Assembly (NCBI GenBank): GCA_048128005.1
Contig: JBEUKZ010000023.1
Location: 186,001-250,000 of the forward strand
DNA from: Veleropilina oligotropha
Taxonomy: Eukaryota
DNA: 64,000 nucleotides
Direction: 5' to 3'
Both the position numbers and the translations under genes were made by a program. Each line of letters starts with the position of its first letter. Within the stretch, counting starts at the first letter, position 1. This document shows, in pieces, positions 14,116-27,317 of this stretch. The notes beneath the pieces are model-generated. The model had not been told where the DNA came from, made no database searches, and saw nothing but the letters and a program-made list of their open reading frames with translations.

Positions 14116-14366
14116 GGGCCGCTCCGACAGTCGTGTGGGTTCGGTTGCAGACTCTGAAATCACTGCTGACACGAACAGTAGTGAGTTCGAATCTCGGTTG
14201 GGACATGACATTATTTGTTCTGTTATGAATCACAGTTGTCCGTAACTGGTCGGAGAGGGCGAGTTTCCCGGGGCGACCGGGCTTTCCTCCCGCGATAATA
14301 TGGACATGTCCTGCTTTGAACCTGATGGTTGTAAATATACAGGACATTAAACATCTATCCATTCCA
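14116..14366 (+). mobile_element. tRNA-derived SINE, diverged related copy
   Basis: Colinear with the other copies (ACGAACAGTAGTGAGTTCGAATCTC, CACAGTTGTCCGT, GGGCGACCGGGCTTTCCTCCCGCGATAA, GTTGTAAATATACAGGACATTAA). No clean TSD. Confidence 0.85.
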
Positions 14367-15021
14367 ATACACTGAAGGAACAACAGCATTGAGAAAGGTT
14401 GACATTACTCTAATGGCAACGGAGGCAGTCATTTTGATTATCGGACTGTCACGCGGTTCACTTAGAATCAACTAGAGAATATTCCCATTACAAGAATGCA
14501 AAATCTCATGAAATTAAGTCTTAACAATTCTGGAGCATTATACAAACAAATTTCAAATTGGCTGCTGTGGCAACCATCCATCTATATTATCAATTGGCAT
14601 CGAATATTTGTTCAGGATTCACTGGATACTAAGCGTAACAAGCATGTGAAGGTCAAATGTCCAGTGTTTCCTTCCATATTGGAGGAATAGGGTTAACATG
14701 AAGTTTACAATTTTCGCCTTGCCTGACCTTGGCATACCATTTCCTCTGGTGGCTGCATTCTGAATAATGCTGGGTTACTCATCAATGACCATCACGGCTG
14801 ATTGCATAAGCTAAAATAAGTTTGTGATACATGTGCAATAAATCACCATCAGTTACATATGATGTATTGGGCAAGAGGAGTTGAGTTAATTTGACTTTTG
14901 ATTTGATGCTTTCGCAAGCAAAATTCTTATCATAAATTGTGATTGATGATGGCAATTGGAACATCATATAACTCAAAATTTCTTTCAAGACTAACTATGA
15001 TGATGCCAGTGAATGTCTGGA

Positions 15022-15269
15022 CAGCGTTTCCTCCAGAAATAAAAAAATGAGGGTCCTTAGGTCAACGGTATGCGGCGGGACCTGAAAATCCACGGCGCAT
15101 CGGAAAAAATTGATTTCCTCCACTAGAAATGGCCTCTCATATTTTCTAAGAGAGCAAAAAATACAAATTTTACTGATCATATGCAAAAGTTGGAGGGGGG
15201 ATAACCCCACCCCAAGAGTCTTTCACGAGGGGTTCAAACACCCTAAACTGCCCCTTGGCGGAAACCCTG
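15022..15269. mobile_element. Short degenerate relative of the CAGGGTTTCC element
   Basis: CAGCGTTTCCTCCAG / TTGGCGGAAACCCTG termini. No TSD retained. Confidence 0.45.
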
Positions 15270-15637
15270 AGACCCTATTATTCATGAGCTGCTCCATTAT
15301 GGAGAAGCTGTAGACGTACACAAAGTCTAGTAATCCAGAAAAGAGATGTATTATTTCCATGAAATAAAACATTATGGCAATATAATATATTTGATTTATA
15401 ATCGTTAACAATAGATTTTCCACGATATGCCAAGTGCTGCAAGATTTTTCATATATTTTTTTAAGAATCTATCTCAAACTCAAAACATTTCAATTAACGA
15501 CGTATATGGTAACAACCTATCTTATATATAAATACGCAGTTGGTGTTTCTTTAAGCCGGATTTCCTTTGCCGGTCTAAGACAGATCTTTGCCATCATGGT
15601 GTCAATTAGATGAGTGTGCCAACAGGAAATCAAAGTG

Positions 15638-15723
15638 AGAAGAGCCTTGATTAATTCATTAGAAGAGCCTTGATTAATTCATTAGAAGAGCCTTGATTAA
15701 TTCATTAGAAGAGCCTTGATTAA
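15638..15723. repeat. 23-bp minisatellite, ~3.7 copies
   Basis: AGAAGAGCCTTGATTAATTCATT repeated. Confidence 0.9.
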
Positions 15724-16181
15724 AACATTGAGAATATTGTTTATATCAAATAATTATTTGTAGGTGAACCTGCATTAAAGCACATTCATACGCGTCTGAA
15801 GACAATTTATTCGTGCAAATTTCGGAATATAAAAACTTACTTCATTACTGACAACTAAGCAGTAATAATAATATGCATGCATGAATGCACATTTGATTTC
15901 ACTAAAGTTATAATATATATTGAAACGGTGATCATTGGCCTGTCAACAGACAGCACATCTTGAAAATCAAAGTGAAGCACTGATAAGCTGAAAACGAAAG
16001 TATTGATTCCACAACACAAAAATACTTATTTGTTAAGATACAGTTGATGCCCGAAGTTGAATGTAATTGCGAATAAAAACAGTTGTTGATGCCAGAGCCA
16101 TGCAGATCATAGGTCAAAATGAAGGTCATTGTGCATCATTACACACTGGCTTGAACATAACATGCCCGACTACAGAATGGT

Positions 16182-16444
16182 GGTGGAGGAGGAGGAATTG
16201 TGCTTAATGTCCTGTATATTTATAACATCGAGGTTCAAGGCAGGACATGTCTGTGTTATCGCGGGAGGAAACCCCGGTCGCCGGGTAAACCCGCCCTCTT
16301 CGGCCAGTCACGGACAACTGTGCTTCATAACTTGAACAAATGTGTGCTGCCTCAGCCGGGGGTCGATCCCACTACTGTTCGCGTCAGCGGAAACAAGCCA
16401 GTGAATTTAGAGTGGACACTCTACCCACTGCGCTACCGAAGCGG
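16182..16444 (-). mobile_element. tRNA-derived SINE, subfamily a
   Basis: Near-identical to 2557-2815. TSD TACAGAATGGT at 16171-16181 and 16445-16455. Confidence 0.9.
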
Positions 16445-16767
16445 TACAGAATGGTTAAAGAGGTGAAATATACCGGGAAAATTAAGTGACTTTTCTTTTG
16501 ACTGACAACAATGATAAGACAGAAAGAAGTGACAATATTGTAAATTTTGTAACTTATATTAAGTAAAGAAAACATTATATCTTTTGACCAATTATTGTTT
16601 TATAATGTCTTTGTAGCTTAAATATGTTTACAATTACAATGCTTTAATGAAACATATTGTTTATGTATTAAAATTTAGATAATCAATAAATAGACAGGTC
16701 ATATAAGGAAGTTAATTGTACACTACAGCCTGGATATAACGCGGTAATTGGGGTCCAAAATTTTGCA

Positions 16768-17030
16768 GGCTGCTTCGGCAGCGCAGTGGGTAAGAGTGTC
16801 CACTCTAAATTCACTGGCTTGATTCCGCTAATGCGAACAGTAGTGGGTTCAATACCTGGCTGAGGCAATGACATTTGTTCAAGTTATGAATCACAGTTGT
16901 CTGCGACTGGCTGAAGGGGCGGGTTTACCCGGGCGACCGGAGTTTCCTCCCGCGATAACACGGACATGTCCTGCCTTGAACCTCGATGTTGTAAATATAC
17001 AGGATATTAAGCATCATTCCTCCCTCCCTC
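16768..17030 (+). mobile_element. tRNA-derived SINE, subfamily b
   Basis: Same body with B-box GGGTTCAATACC and a (CCCT)n tail. Imperfect TSD TCCAAAATTT. Confidence 0.88.
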
Positions 17031-18170
17031 CAAAATTTCGGAATCGCATTATAGGAACATTGTATATTTACATATATATATATATATAGTAAGTATATTA
17101 GATGATATGATGCTACGCAATAAATTAATACTACCATTATAGTTCATTCAATGATTGATGTGCATTGTTTAGTAAAATTAATACAATACAAATGTATATG
17201 TTCATTAAAATGTATCTGGTATATGTTGTTCTTAAATTATCTCATATAAATCGACGTACTTGTATTTATATTTCCCATTCTGTAGTCTCCGACAAACGCA
17301 GATGTCACAATTAGCGCCTTGCTGCTCAAAGTGATGTTTTCCTAACAGTTATTATCAGTCTCTTAATTGTTCCACTTTCTTTACAGCCAGATGACTTCAT
17401 TATCGCAATGACTGCCTTTTGTTGAAATGCCTGATATTTTAATATTTATCATGCTCAACATGAATTGATTCACCGCAACAAAAGCTATTTCAACTTTCGA
17501 TGTAGGTGGCACTGTTACAACTTTCCTTTCGGCCAGAGATAATTTGGGCACTGCCCAGATTAACAACTTGCATGGGCACTGCCCAGGTTAACTTCGACAT
17601 TGCTCAACTTGCCATAATAATATTAACTAAGCAACTTTGGCACGATGTCCATTTACAAGTATTGTTGTAACTAGAACTGACATATTGTTCCGCAACTATA
17701 CACACGTTTTAAAAAATCGATATGTATTGAATTTTATTTGACATTAGCAAAATCGAAGGATGGGCAGTGCTAAACTTATAACTTGGTTGTTTCAAAATTG
17801 GGGACAACTGCAGACGCATGTCCTATGATTAACCTCGCACATTTGACAATATATGTTTCACGATTAAACAGGTTATTATTATTCACACTTTTGCGGGATT
17901 GTAAATGTATAAACACAAAAAGTTGGGGAAATAGATTTATTGAGTTTTCGATATTTTCAGCAGGAATAAATCGTCAATGTGTGCGCAGCAAACGTGTAGT
18001 CGCAACAGCTATATACCGCTTCTTTACCAAAGCAGTAATTTGGCCGATTGCAAGTTACGTGTATTTTTGAAACAATCATATTTGAATATGACACAGTGTC
18101 AGAGTTTGTTACTAAATTGCATAACAGTGGGATAATACCTATAAATTGATGAAATTTCATTACGGAAGTG

Positions 18171-19170
18171 CAGGGTTTCCGCCAGGAATATATTTTTGGG
18201 TAGACATTTGCGACCATAGGCCAACGGTACGATAGAAAATTTATATTTTCCTAACTGTGAATTCAACGGCCTCTCCTGATATCTGAGACTATAACACAGG
18301 ACCACAAGTAACTTCATAATTGTCATCAGAACACATTTATTTGACTAATAAAGCTCTCCTTACACTAGTCTACTGACGAAAATCACATCAATGTAATTTC
18401 TGAGCGACATTTTATCGACACAATGACGTCCTATAGAAATCTCGCGGATGCGAGTTTATGTAATTGCATTATGTATTGCATTATTTTGGCCAAAGTCATA
18501 ATAATTTCACTTATTTAGTAAAGCGTGTGTTAATAATTTATGAATATATAGTCATTTAAAAATATTCAACATTGCAAATATTCGTTCTGCCTGGATCCTT
18601 GCTCGTGTAACCTCGCTTGGCACGTCACCTTCGGGTTATGCAAAATAGCTAGCATTTTCCGTTTTGGGACTCTTGATTAGTTAACTCCGCAAACTCAGGT
18701 CAAATACTGATTACATGTTACTTTCGGCTATGTAAATGACGAGAGATTTCCCATTTCTATAAATAGAACACTATGTAGTATTCTGAGGTTGGCTTTTGCT
18801 GCTGTACCAATAGCAGACGACAGTGACCTAGATATCATACGACTTCAAGTTGGGTGTCGATTAATAAAGCAAATTTTATGAAATAAGACTTGTCTGTTTT
18901 TATTGATATAATTTATTCTTTGGCCTATTATATTTTATTAGAAATTAAGTCACAAAATTATTTGGCAACAACTGTCAGAGCTTTTCAGTGACGATGTTAG
19001 TGTGTCACAGAATATCGCGCCGTGTCACATAATATCACGTTCTGACAATCACAAAAAATATATATATATACTGTATATATCTATATAAACTATTTTGGGT
19101 ATGTATCCCTATCCTCTTCTTTTTTGGGGGCATGTAGTTTTACCCTTTTACCCTCTTGGCAGAAACCCTG
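18171..19170. mobile_element. hAT-like nonautonomous element with a 6-bp TSD
   Basis: TIRs CAGGGTTTCCGCCAGG / CTTGGCAGAAACCCTG. GAAGTG at 18165-18170 and 19171-19176. Confidence 0.75.
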
Positions 19171-20793
19171 GAAGTGGGTGTTACTTGAAACATCGGAGGG
19201 ACAAGTTGTGAAAGTGACCTGAATTTTTGTTCAATGAGATAAAGAGCGTGAAATTTGAATTTATAGAGGACAGGTGTTTCAAAACCAGCTTATAACAATA
19301 CTCCGCAGTTCCTGCGTCCCAAAAATCAAAAGTTTTACATTTTAAATTTATGGTCTTATTCGTCCAGATTCCAGGGGGAAGTCCACGCTGGGTTCACTGG
19401 GTGAAAGTTGTCCAAAGCAGATCACGTGATATATAGAGTGCATTGTAAAATGATAATCACTTTTCGGTATGTAAATATTGGATGAATGATATGCATGAAG
19501 GAAATATATCACTGTGCGCATGGGCTAAAGCTAGTTGTCTCTTAACCGGCATTTAGATAGAACAAAACATTTAAAATTTCAGGCTAATTAACCCTTTAAC
19601 CGCTGACTTGTTTATCTGCTCTGGTCACGGGTGTTGCAAAAATTAAGAAACCGACTAAATATATCTACTCATAAATTAAGCTACTAACAAGTTAGGGCAA
19701 GAAATAGACCCCCTGCTTAAATGGTCAGCATAAAGCAACAATTACGTTTTGTCATAAACTAATTTTTCTATCAAAAAATCATTTACAACACAGCAGTTAT
19801 CCCCTTCAACATCAGACCGCCTCACCGAGACATGACCTAGCTTTTAGACATGACCTAGCTATCACACTGAAAGGCTATCTATTGATTTAACTTTGAAGAC
19901 AATTCTTAATTGCGCACAGGCATCTATGTTGGAGACTACTGAACTGCGTGATTTCTCAATGGATACCTGACAAGTTTCCGGTCAAAGCCTTGAAAAATGG
20001 ACAATTTATATACATGTCTGACCGCAAGAATGGCTTAAAGCAAGATGTATTGGTCTTTGAGCATTGTTAACAAAAACATGATATTGGACATAGCATTGCG
20101 CTGTCTTAACGTAAAGTTGATAAACTCAATCTGAACTTGCATCATGAGCAATTGAAATCTGGTATGTTTTAAAAAGGTAAAAGCAATACTGCAACTCTAT
20201 AAATAATAGGAAAGATTGCTTTCCAACTACATTCTAGCCTTGCCTATAACATCTACTGATCATAATTATGTTCTCTAATGAGATGCTACCAGTATCACAT
20301 TTGTGATTTTGGATCGACGCTTAATGTTCCTTTTAACACCTTCTGGGTCATACCAGGACATCGGAAGTCCATCAAATACTTAAAACTGCAATCTCGCGAT
20401 CTCCGTCATGCTTTGGGTTAAAAATAACTCGTGCAATGGGAGATAACTCTACAAATGGAATGCGTGCTAGGAATTTGTAACTATATGATGTAATCATGTT
20501 CAACATTGTTGCGAGCCATGGATTAAGCCAGGACTTCATGACGAATTTATACCCTTTCCACGGATAGTGACCATCAGTCAGCCAGGATTCTTTATGGTGC
20601 CATATTTTCTTTGAGCATTCAAAAACGTATTAAAGAAATGTTTGGCGCTGTCTACTGGCCATTTCTTGGACTGTATTTTCAATCCCCTATGCATGTTTTA
20701 CAGGTTAACATATCGGACACTTATCAACTGAAATAGGGAAAGTTAGAGAACTTTTAAAGACGAGAAACAATCTTTGCTTATATAGGGTAATAA

Positions 20794-21920
20794 AAACGAA
20801 CCGAATATGTCCCTAGCTGCATGTTTCTCAAGAATATTGATGCAGTGAAGCCAGAAATATTACCAATATTTTTAGAAGTGCCCTTATATTTTCAAGTGCC
20901 GTTAGATTTGCACTCAAATTATATACACGGGTTCATAGTTAGTTATACATGTAAAATAACGGATATTACCCTCCCCCCACCCTCTCAATTTTTATTGGTG
21001 CCCTTAGATAGACTCAAAGTATATACTAGTAACCGACTTCCTAGTTTTTATGTATGCATCATCTCCAGAATTGTTTTTTCTGTCCATTTTAGATCAAAAT
21101 CTGCTCTCGATCAACAATGCCGCTTTATGCAATTGTGCGATTTTTATAAAATAAGGGAGGTATTCCCCACCTCCCCAAATATTTTACTGATGCCCATAGA
21201 CAGAAGACTTAAAAGTATATCTGAGTTCATAGCTTTTATCACATGTACAATATCCTTGAGATATCTATATCTACGGGCAGTCACCATTCTAGGGAGTATA
21301 ATTATTGTACAGCAGACTGGACATGAGCCTATTACATGCCTACACCTTTTATGAAGTGGTGAAATGATTCGTAAATATTGTTAATAAATATCACATTTAC
21401 ATCATCAGAATACATGAGATGGTGTTGAGCACAGTTAATTGTCAAAATTTCTCTATGAAATGATGGAATGATTTGTAAATGTTGTTAAGAAATATCGCAT
21501 TTAAATCATCAGAATATAGGAGAGGATGTTTCGCATGATTATTTGTCAAAAAATTATTTCCCCGAGGAACGGGGTCCCACGACACAGCCAATGGTAGTAT
21601 AATTCGACGTAGTATAATTCGAACGCGTAAAGCCCTGTTGACCATCATGTCCCCCTCAATGTTGTAGTTCCTGGTAGTATATACAGCTGTATATTATATT
21701 TCAAAAACGTCTTTGGCCTATCTTTTAAATTGAAAACTTTTACAGAGTGGTGAAAAGGATTCAAAGATGTTGGTAAGAAATAGAACATAAGCGATCTCAC
21801 AATACAGGAGAGGCTGTTTCACAAGGTTAAGTGTCAAAATTTTCTTCCACGTGGGGCCCCACCCCCACGCGGACCATTGATAGCATAATTTGACTTCCTT
21901 CATATTTCTATTTGGAAAAA
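20794..21920. repeat. Old degenerate array-type repeats
   Basis: Recurring GTGCCCTTAGAT..ACTCAAA..GTTCATAG units, then recurring GTGGTGAAATGATT..AAATATC..TCAGAATA units. Heavily diverged. Confidence 0.4.
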
Positions 21921-22429
21921 TATCCTCAATCCCCACAGTAATCATACATACATGTATGGCTGAAAATTACCTTTATTTAAAATTAGTTATGCAAAGTGCC
22001 ATTTTTCTGTCTTACCACCCCCCCCCCCCCCCCCCCCAAATCCAAAATTGCTTCCTACACCACTGTATTATGATGGTTGTAGTTAGCACATTTTATAAGT
22101 GTCAATCTGAAAGAAATTGGACATGGGTATAAAATGCAAGCATGCATTATATAATTTATAGGTTACATTGATTTGTTTGTTGTTATCCTGGTATGGGGTA
22201 ACACAGATCAGTAATGTTTATACAAGAGTGTCATGAATGCAATAAAATATTGAGTTATGGTGACCTACAATAACACTGAAATAACGAAGCGTATGTATTG
22301 CTCCGAGTAATATATATATTTCCCTCCGTCAGGTAGGTATTAGCTACTTATCAAAAATGATTAAGTTTATCCTCATGAGAGGGATATACTTGAGTCACAT
22401 ACCAGGTTTTGTTATGTTCTAGCGATGTA

Positions 22430-22690
22430 GCCGCTTCGGCAGCGCAGTGGGTCGAGTGTCCACTCTAAATTCACTGGCTTGATTCCGCTAATGCGAACAG
22501 TAGTGGGTTCAATACCTGGCGGAGGCATTGAAATTTGTTCAAGTTATGAATCACAGTTGTCCGTGACTGACCGAAGAGGGCGGGTTTACCCGGGCGACCG
22601 GGGTTTCCTCCCGCGATAACACGGACATGTCCTGCCTTGAACCTCGATGTTGTAAATATACAGGATATTAAGCATCATTCCTCCTCCTCC
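22430..22690 (+). mobile_element. tRNA-derived SINE, subfamily b
   Basis: Same body with a (CCT)n tail. 12-bp TSD TCTAGCGATGTA at 22418-22429 and 22691-22702. Confidence 0.9.
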
Positions 22691-23919
22691 TCTAGCGATG
22701 TAAAAGCCCATTTTGATATCATGATCAACTCTTGGATTTGCGATATTTCTAACTGTCGATGGATATCATGAAGCATTGGCCCAGATATCTCGAATGTATT
22801 CAATTAGTCAAATTGCTAGTTTCTTATTGGAATAATGGTGTCTTGACAATGTGCCATACTTTTTACACCAAAACTTATTTGTTCACGTCAAAATGCGACC
22901 AGATGACAGAGATCATGGGAAATACTGCCATGGTATCAGGTAAATTTTACCAATCAAAACTGGAATGGAGTGATAAATATTTAGTACGAGCTCTAATCTG
23001 TAAACATTTATACTGCGCAGTGTCCATGAGTCGCAATGAAATACTACCTGGGTTCACCCTGCCCTTACCTTTGGTTCGTTGAGTGAAACCGGAGTTGAAA
23101 GCTTGACCCTACCTACATGGGTGGTCATCATACATGTATGCATCATGCACTGTGCTCTATATTAATATTTACATTAATATATTGTAATTTCAGTTTAACA
23201 TCCTGATACGAACACACACAAAATATATACGAACACAACCAAATTGTGTGTAGTATTCTAATGTCAACATGGTGCGATGTCATAGTGTGCATTCTTAACC
23301 TGTGGTTCAGTGCACATTCAAACTCCGAGAATCTTCAAGATAAGGTTTCATGTTCTTTATCTTCATCTTCTCAGAAACATGACCCACAAGATAACATTTT
23401 ATCTCCTGTCAGAAACTTGAGCAATCTGAAGGTGATAACCTGAGACACAAATGCATAAACCAAGTCATATGATACAACCTCTATTTACGAGCAGCATGCG
23501 ACTTGCTTGTTTATATTTCAGGTTTTATGATTGTAAAGACCATAGGGCAATGCATAACTATACAAGGTGAAAATTAAGATAATCTCTTCGCAAATGTTCG
23601 ATGTTATTAAAAAATGAACAGTATAAATATTGGTTGATATTGGTCAGAATTTATAAAAATAAAATATGTCAACTTTAGAGTCAGTTTAAGCTTATGACCA
23701 CATTGCAACAATTTTAAAGCCGTGTCTGTAGACTTTGTTTTTACTTTCTCCCTTCGATAGATGGGTAGCAAGTTTTTAGGCCATACTTCTTCTCTTAAAG
23801 GTCAAATATGGCAGTCATAAAATCGTATATTCGTACTAGAATTATGATTATATAAACATTAAATATATGCTAAGCCAGTTAAAACAAAAAAATATTGAAA
23901 TTACACCAAATTACTATTG

Positions 23920-24726
23920 CATGGTTCATACAAAAATAGCCACATGAAATTCAAGGACTTTTCAAGGACTATTCAAGGACTTCACAAAAATTTTTCAAGG
24001 ACTATTTTTTCAATGCAAATCAATATATAATGTATGTGATATATGCAACTTGGAACAGTGATAATTATAAGTATGTGTTAAACTTGAATTAAAAATGATT
24101 ATAATAATTTTAGGTGCGACTTCAGTGCACGTTCGCCCATTTTAGCAATGTCGATCGTTTTGTTGCACAACGCGCACATGGCTTTATGTTTGTCAGTTTT
24201 TACTTCCCGTATCCACGATGCATATTCCACCTGCGAAAGCCAATTTCTATTAAAAACGCATATCCTGCCATATCCGCTGTAAATTGTTGATTAAAATTAT
24301 ATTATTTACACGTTATTGACAAAATTTCCTTCATATTTCGCGAATAAAATCGAATAAACACATTGTCGGTCAAGGGAGACAACTTTTGTCTTCAATGTCC
24401 GACTGTTTTCGCCATTATCTGCTAGTTCCGAGACTCAACGGAAATCAACGAGTTAGTGTTAAACTTGACATTCACAAAAATCGAAGATTTCCAAATCTAT
24501 TTATTCTGTCACTTCGAACGAAAACAGACGCAAGTACCATAAAGTTAATAAATATAGCCAAGATATAGGAACGCCAAAATATTAAAATAGTAACCATGAT
24601 GATATTCAAGGACTATTCAAGACTGTTTGGTCATATTCAAGGACTTTTCAAGGTTATTTTCAAATTCAAGCACTTTTCATTATAGACGGTCAAATTAAAG
24701 TACTTTTCAAGGTTGTGCGAACCATG
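23920..24726. mobile_element. hAT-like MITE with a 5-bp TSD
   Basis: TIRs CATGGTTCATACAA / TTGTGCGAACCATG, subterminal TTCAAGGAC repeats at both ends, TATTG on both flanks. Confidence 0.8.
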
Positions 24727-25355
24727 TATTGCTTAAAATTGTCACAAAGTTGGGCGTGTCCAGCGAAACTTTCTTCGTGACCTTGCAAGCGATTATGACC
24801 ACAAAACCGTCAAAAAAATGCCATAATCATGACAGCTCATGCTAGGACAATTAGTGCGAAGATCGCGATAACTCGTGCCACATTCAATAGGACTTATGTC
24901 ATTGCAAATACAAATCGCACAAGAGTAAAAACATGTATATTACGGCAGTTTTGATAATCAAATAAGTACATTACACATACATGCATTTCCATTAGCATTC
25001 ATAAGTATACTATTCTATGCTGATAATCTTCACACAAATTGCTCTGAACTCAGGGAATTTTCCTGCCACGATTTTGTTTTCACATGAGCTTCACCAACCA
25101 ATCAATCAATCACTGTTATGACCACATACTGGCGATTACCTAATTATAGACTTCCGTCACCACATTCGATGGCCGTGACATGTATTTAATTATAAAGAAC
25201 ATCTAAACATTTTGTTTCGATGACAAATTTTTCAGAAAGTGTTTATTTGAATATTAGATAACATAAAACGATGGAATGACTAATTTTATGTCCCACTGAC
25301 GTATTTGACCTTTAATAAGCAGTAGAATAAGCTATGCTGGGGTAGGAATCAGAAC

Positions 25356-25756
25356 CTGAATACTCCAGTCCAACCAAGTTGAGATACTGAATCCTCCAGT
25401 CCAACCAAGTTGAGATACTGAATCCTCCAGTCCAACCAAGTTGAGATACTGAATCCTCCAGTCCAACCAAGTTGAGATACTGAATCCTACAGTCCAACCA
25501 TGTTAAGATACTGAATCCTACAGTCCAACCAAGTTGAGATACTGAATCCTCCAGTCCAACCAAGTTGAGATACTGAATCCTCCATTCCAACCAAGTTGAG
25601 ATACTGAATCCTACAGTCCAACCAAGTTGAGATGCTGAATTCTAGTCCAACCAAGTTGAGATACTGAATCCTACAGTCCAACCAAGTTGAGATACTGAAT
25701 CCTACAGTCCAACCAAGTTGAGATACTGAATCCTACAGTCCAACCAAGTTGAGATA
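25356..25756. repeat. 31-bp minisatellite, ~13 copies
   Basis: CTGAATCCT(C/A)CAGTCCAACCAAGTTGAGATA repeated head to tail. Confidence 0.95.
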
Positions 25757-26130
25757 GCAAGGATGCTCAGCTGACTAATTTTTGGAACCACTTGTCTTCA
25801 AAACAAGTTCAAATGACCAGAAATCTCATTGCTTTCGTAAATCTTAGTATAGCAAATAGTATCAAGAACTATAACTTAGTGTAAGCAATTTAATAGTATT
25901 GTTAAGGCGAAGTGTAGGGAATGTGTAGATGTGTATACATGTACTTTACGTTAATTTAGTAATAGAAACTTGATGCTTTCACATTTACTATGTGCTACCA
26001 GTTTTCGTCTGGATGAAGGTCGTAGGCTGCATGATAGACAAATTAAAAATATGTACATAAGCCTGTAATCGTTCAGCAGATGATGCAGTAAATATGAGGT
26101 TTTAATTTAAACCTAATATTAGTTAAAACA

Positions 26131-26333
26131 TACTTACGTCCTTACTCTTGCCATAATAGTAATATTATCGCTAACCGGAAACAGTGAATAAGTCACATTA
26201 TGCACTCTTTATAAGTCAAAACGTACCACGATCACCTCCCCTGCTCCCGCTCTCCTAAGTTCCCCCAGCGAGATCTCGCCAAGTCTCGCGAGACTTCCGA
26301 AGCATCGAAGTCACAAGACCTCAATTCAAAGTT
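26131..26333. repeat. DIRS inverted terminal repeat, left copy (element 3' end), 203 bp
   Basis: Exact reverse complement of 33357-33559 on base-by-base reading. Confidence 0.95.
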
Positions 26334-26391
26334 CAGAACCCCAAAGGAACTTAGTAGAGGGGAGGAATGCGAAGCAGGGTGGGTAATCGTG

Positions 26392-26481
26392 GTAAGGACG
26401 TAAGTATGTTTTAACTAATATTAGGTTTAAATTAAAACCTCATATGTAGTTACAAACTTACTTACGTCCTTACTCTTGCCA
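26392..26481. other. DIRS internal complementary region (ICR)
   Basis: 26392-26445 is the reverse complement of 26092-26145, and 26442-26481 is the reverse complement of 33537-33576. The halves overlap at ATAT. Confidence 0.95.
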
Positions 26482-27317
26482 GAATAACCTTGGATAGGTG
26501 GGTAAGAAGTTCCTTACAGCAAACCCAAACAAGATAATGACTTACTTTTCACCATGTCAATCAGCTCGAAGCGTCGATTGTGCCCGCCCAGAGTGGAATT
26601 TACTGAGTATTATTCTACCCTTACCAAGCGAGAATTTCGACCAGTGTTACCGGGAGAATACGCCGTGGTGTTAGTCGGACGAGGTGAACGGAAGTGCAAT
26701 CAGCCCCAGGCACGGCCGGAAGGATGAATCCCCGTAGGTCTTACGTGTCATGGGCCAGTGGCAGCCAAATGGAACTCCTGGCCGAAGGCCGGTAGCCAGA
26801 GGATGCAGTCGGATTTGTAAGCACACGGAACCTAACAGGTTGTGAAAGCTTTAAATCAAAAGCAAAGAATTAATAGATTATTGCAAATAATCGATATTAA
26901 TAAATAAATCGCATGACCAACTTGCGAATGCTAACATGTACGATATGTCACTTAAAAGAAAATTTTAAGGAAGCAAATAGGAACGACATGTTACTTAAAA
27001 TAAATTTAAGGGAAGCAAATATTAAATTTTTTTTTCCAATGTCTTGAACATCGTATGGTCTATACAGCATAGAACATCAATAATATTGAACCTCAAATCT
27101 TATAAGTTTGTCGCAATATTTTTGTTTATTAAATTCAATGCAATCTGGCTTGTCAGTATACTCAGAAAAGACATGAAGTACAAAATCTTAAAATGTTTTT
27201 AAGAAATGAACAGACATTGAATTGCCACAAAATGTGTCGATTTCATCGAACATCTAGGCCAACAAATAACAATGCGTCAGCATGAATTATGTAAATTGAT
27301 CAATCAACAAATAATAC

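Noticed and set aside
20821..21354. 177-aa ORF
   Set aside because: Lies in degenerate repeat sequence with no domain-like composition.
22430..22525. tRNA gene
   Set aside because: Only A/B-box-like motifs are present. No full cloverleaf is evident, and the sequence continues into a SINE body flanked by TSDs.
25356..25756. CRISPR-like array of 31-bp repeats
   Set aside because: Units are head to tail with no unique spacers, there are no cas genes and the context is eukaryotic. ORFs 25312-25681 are repeat translations.
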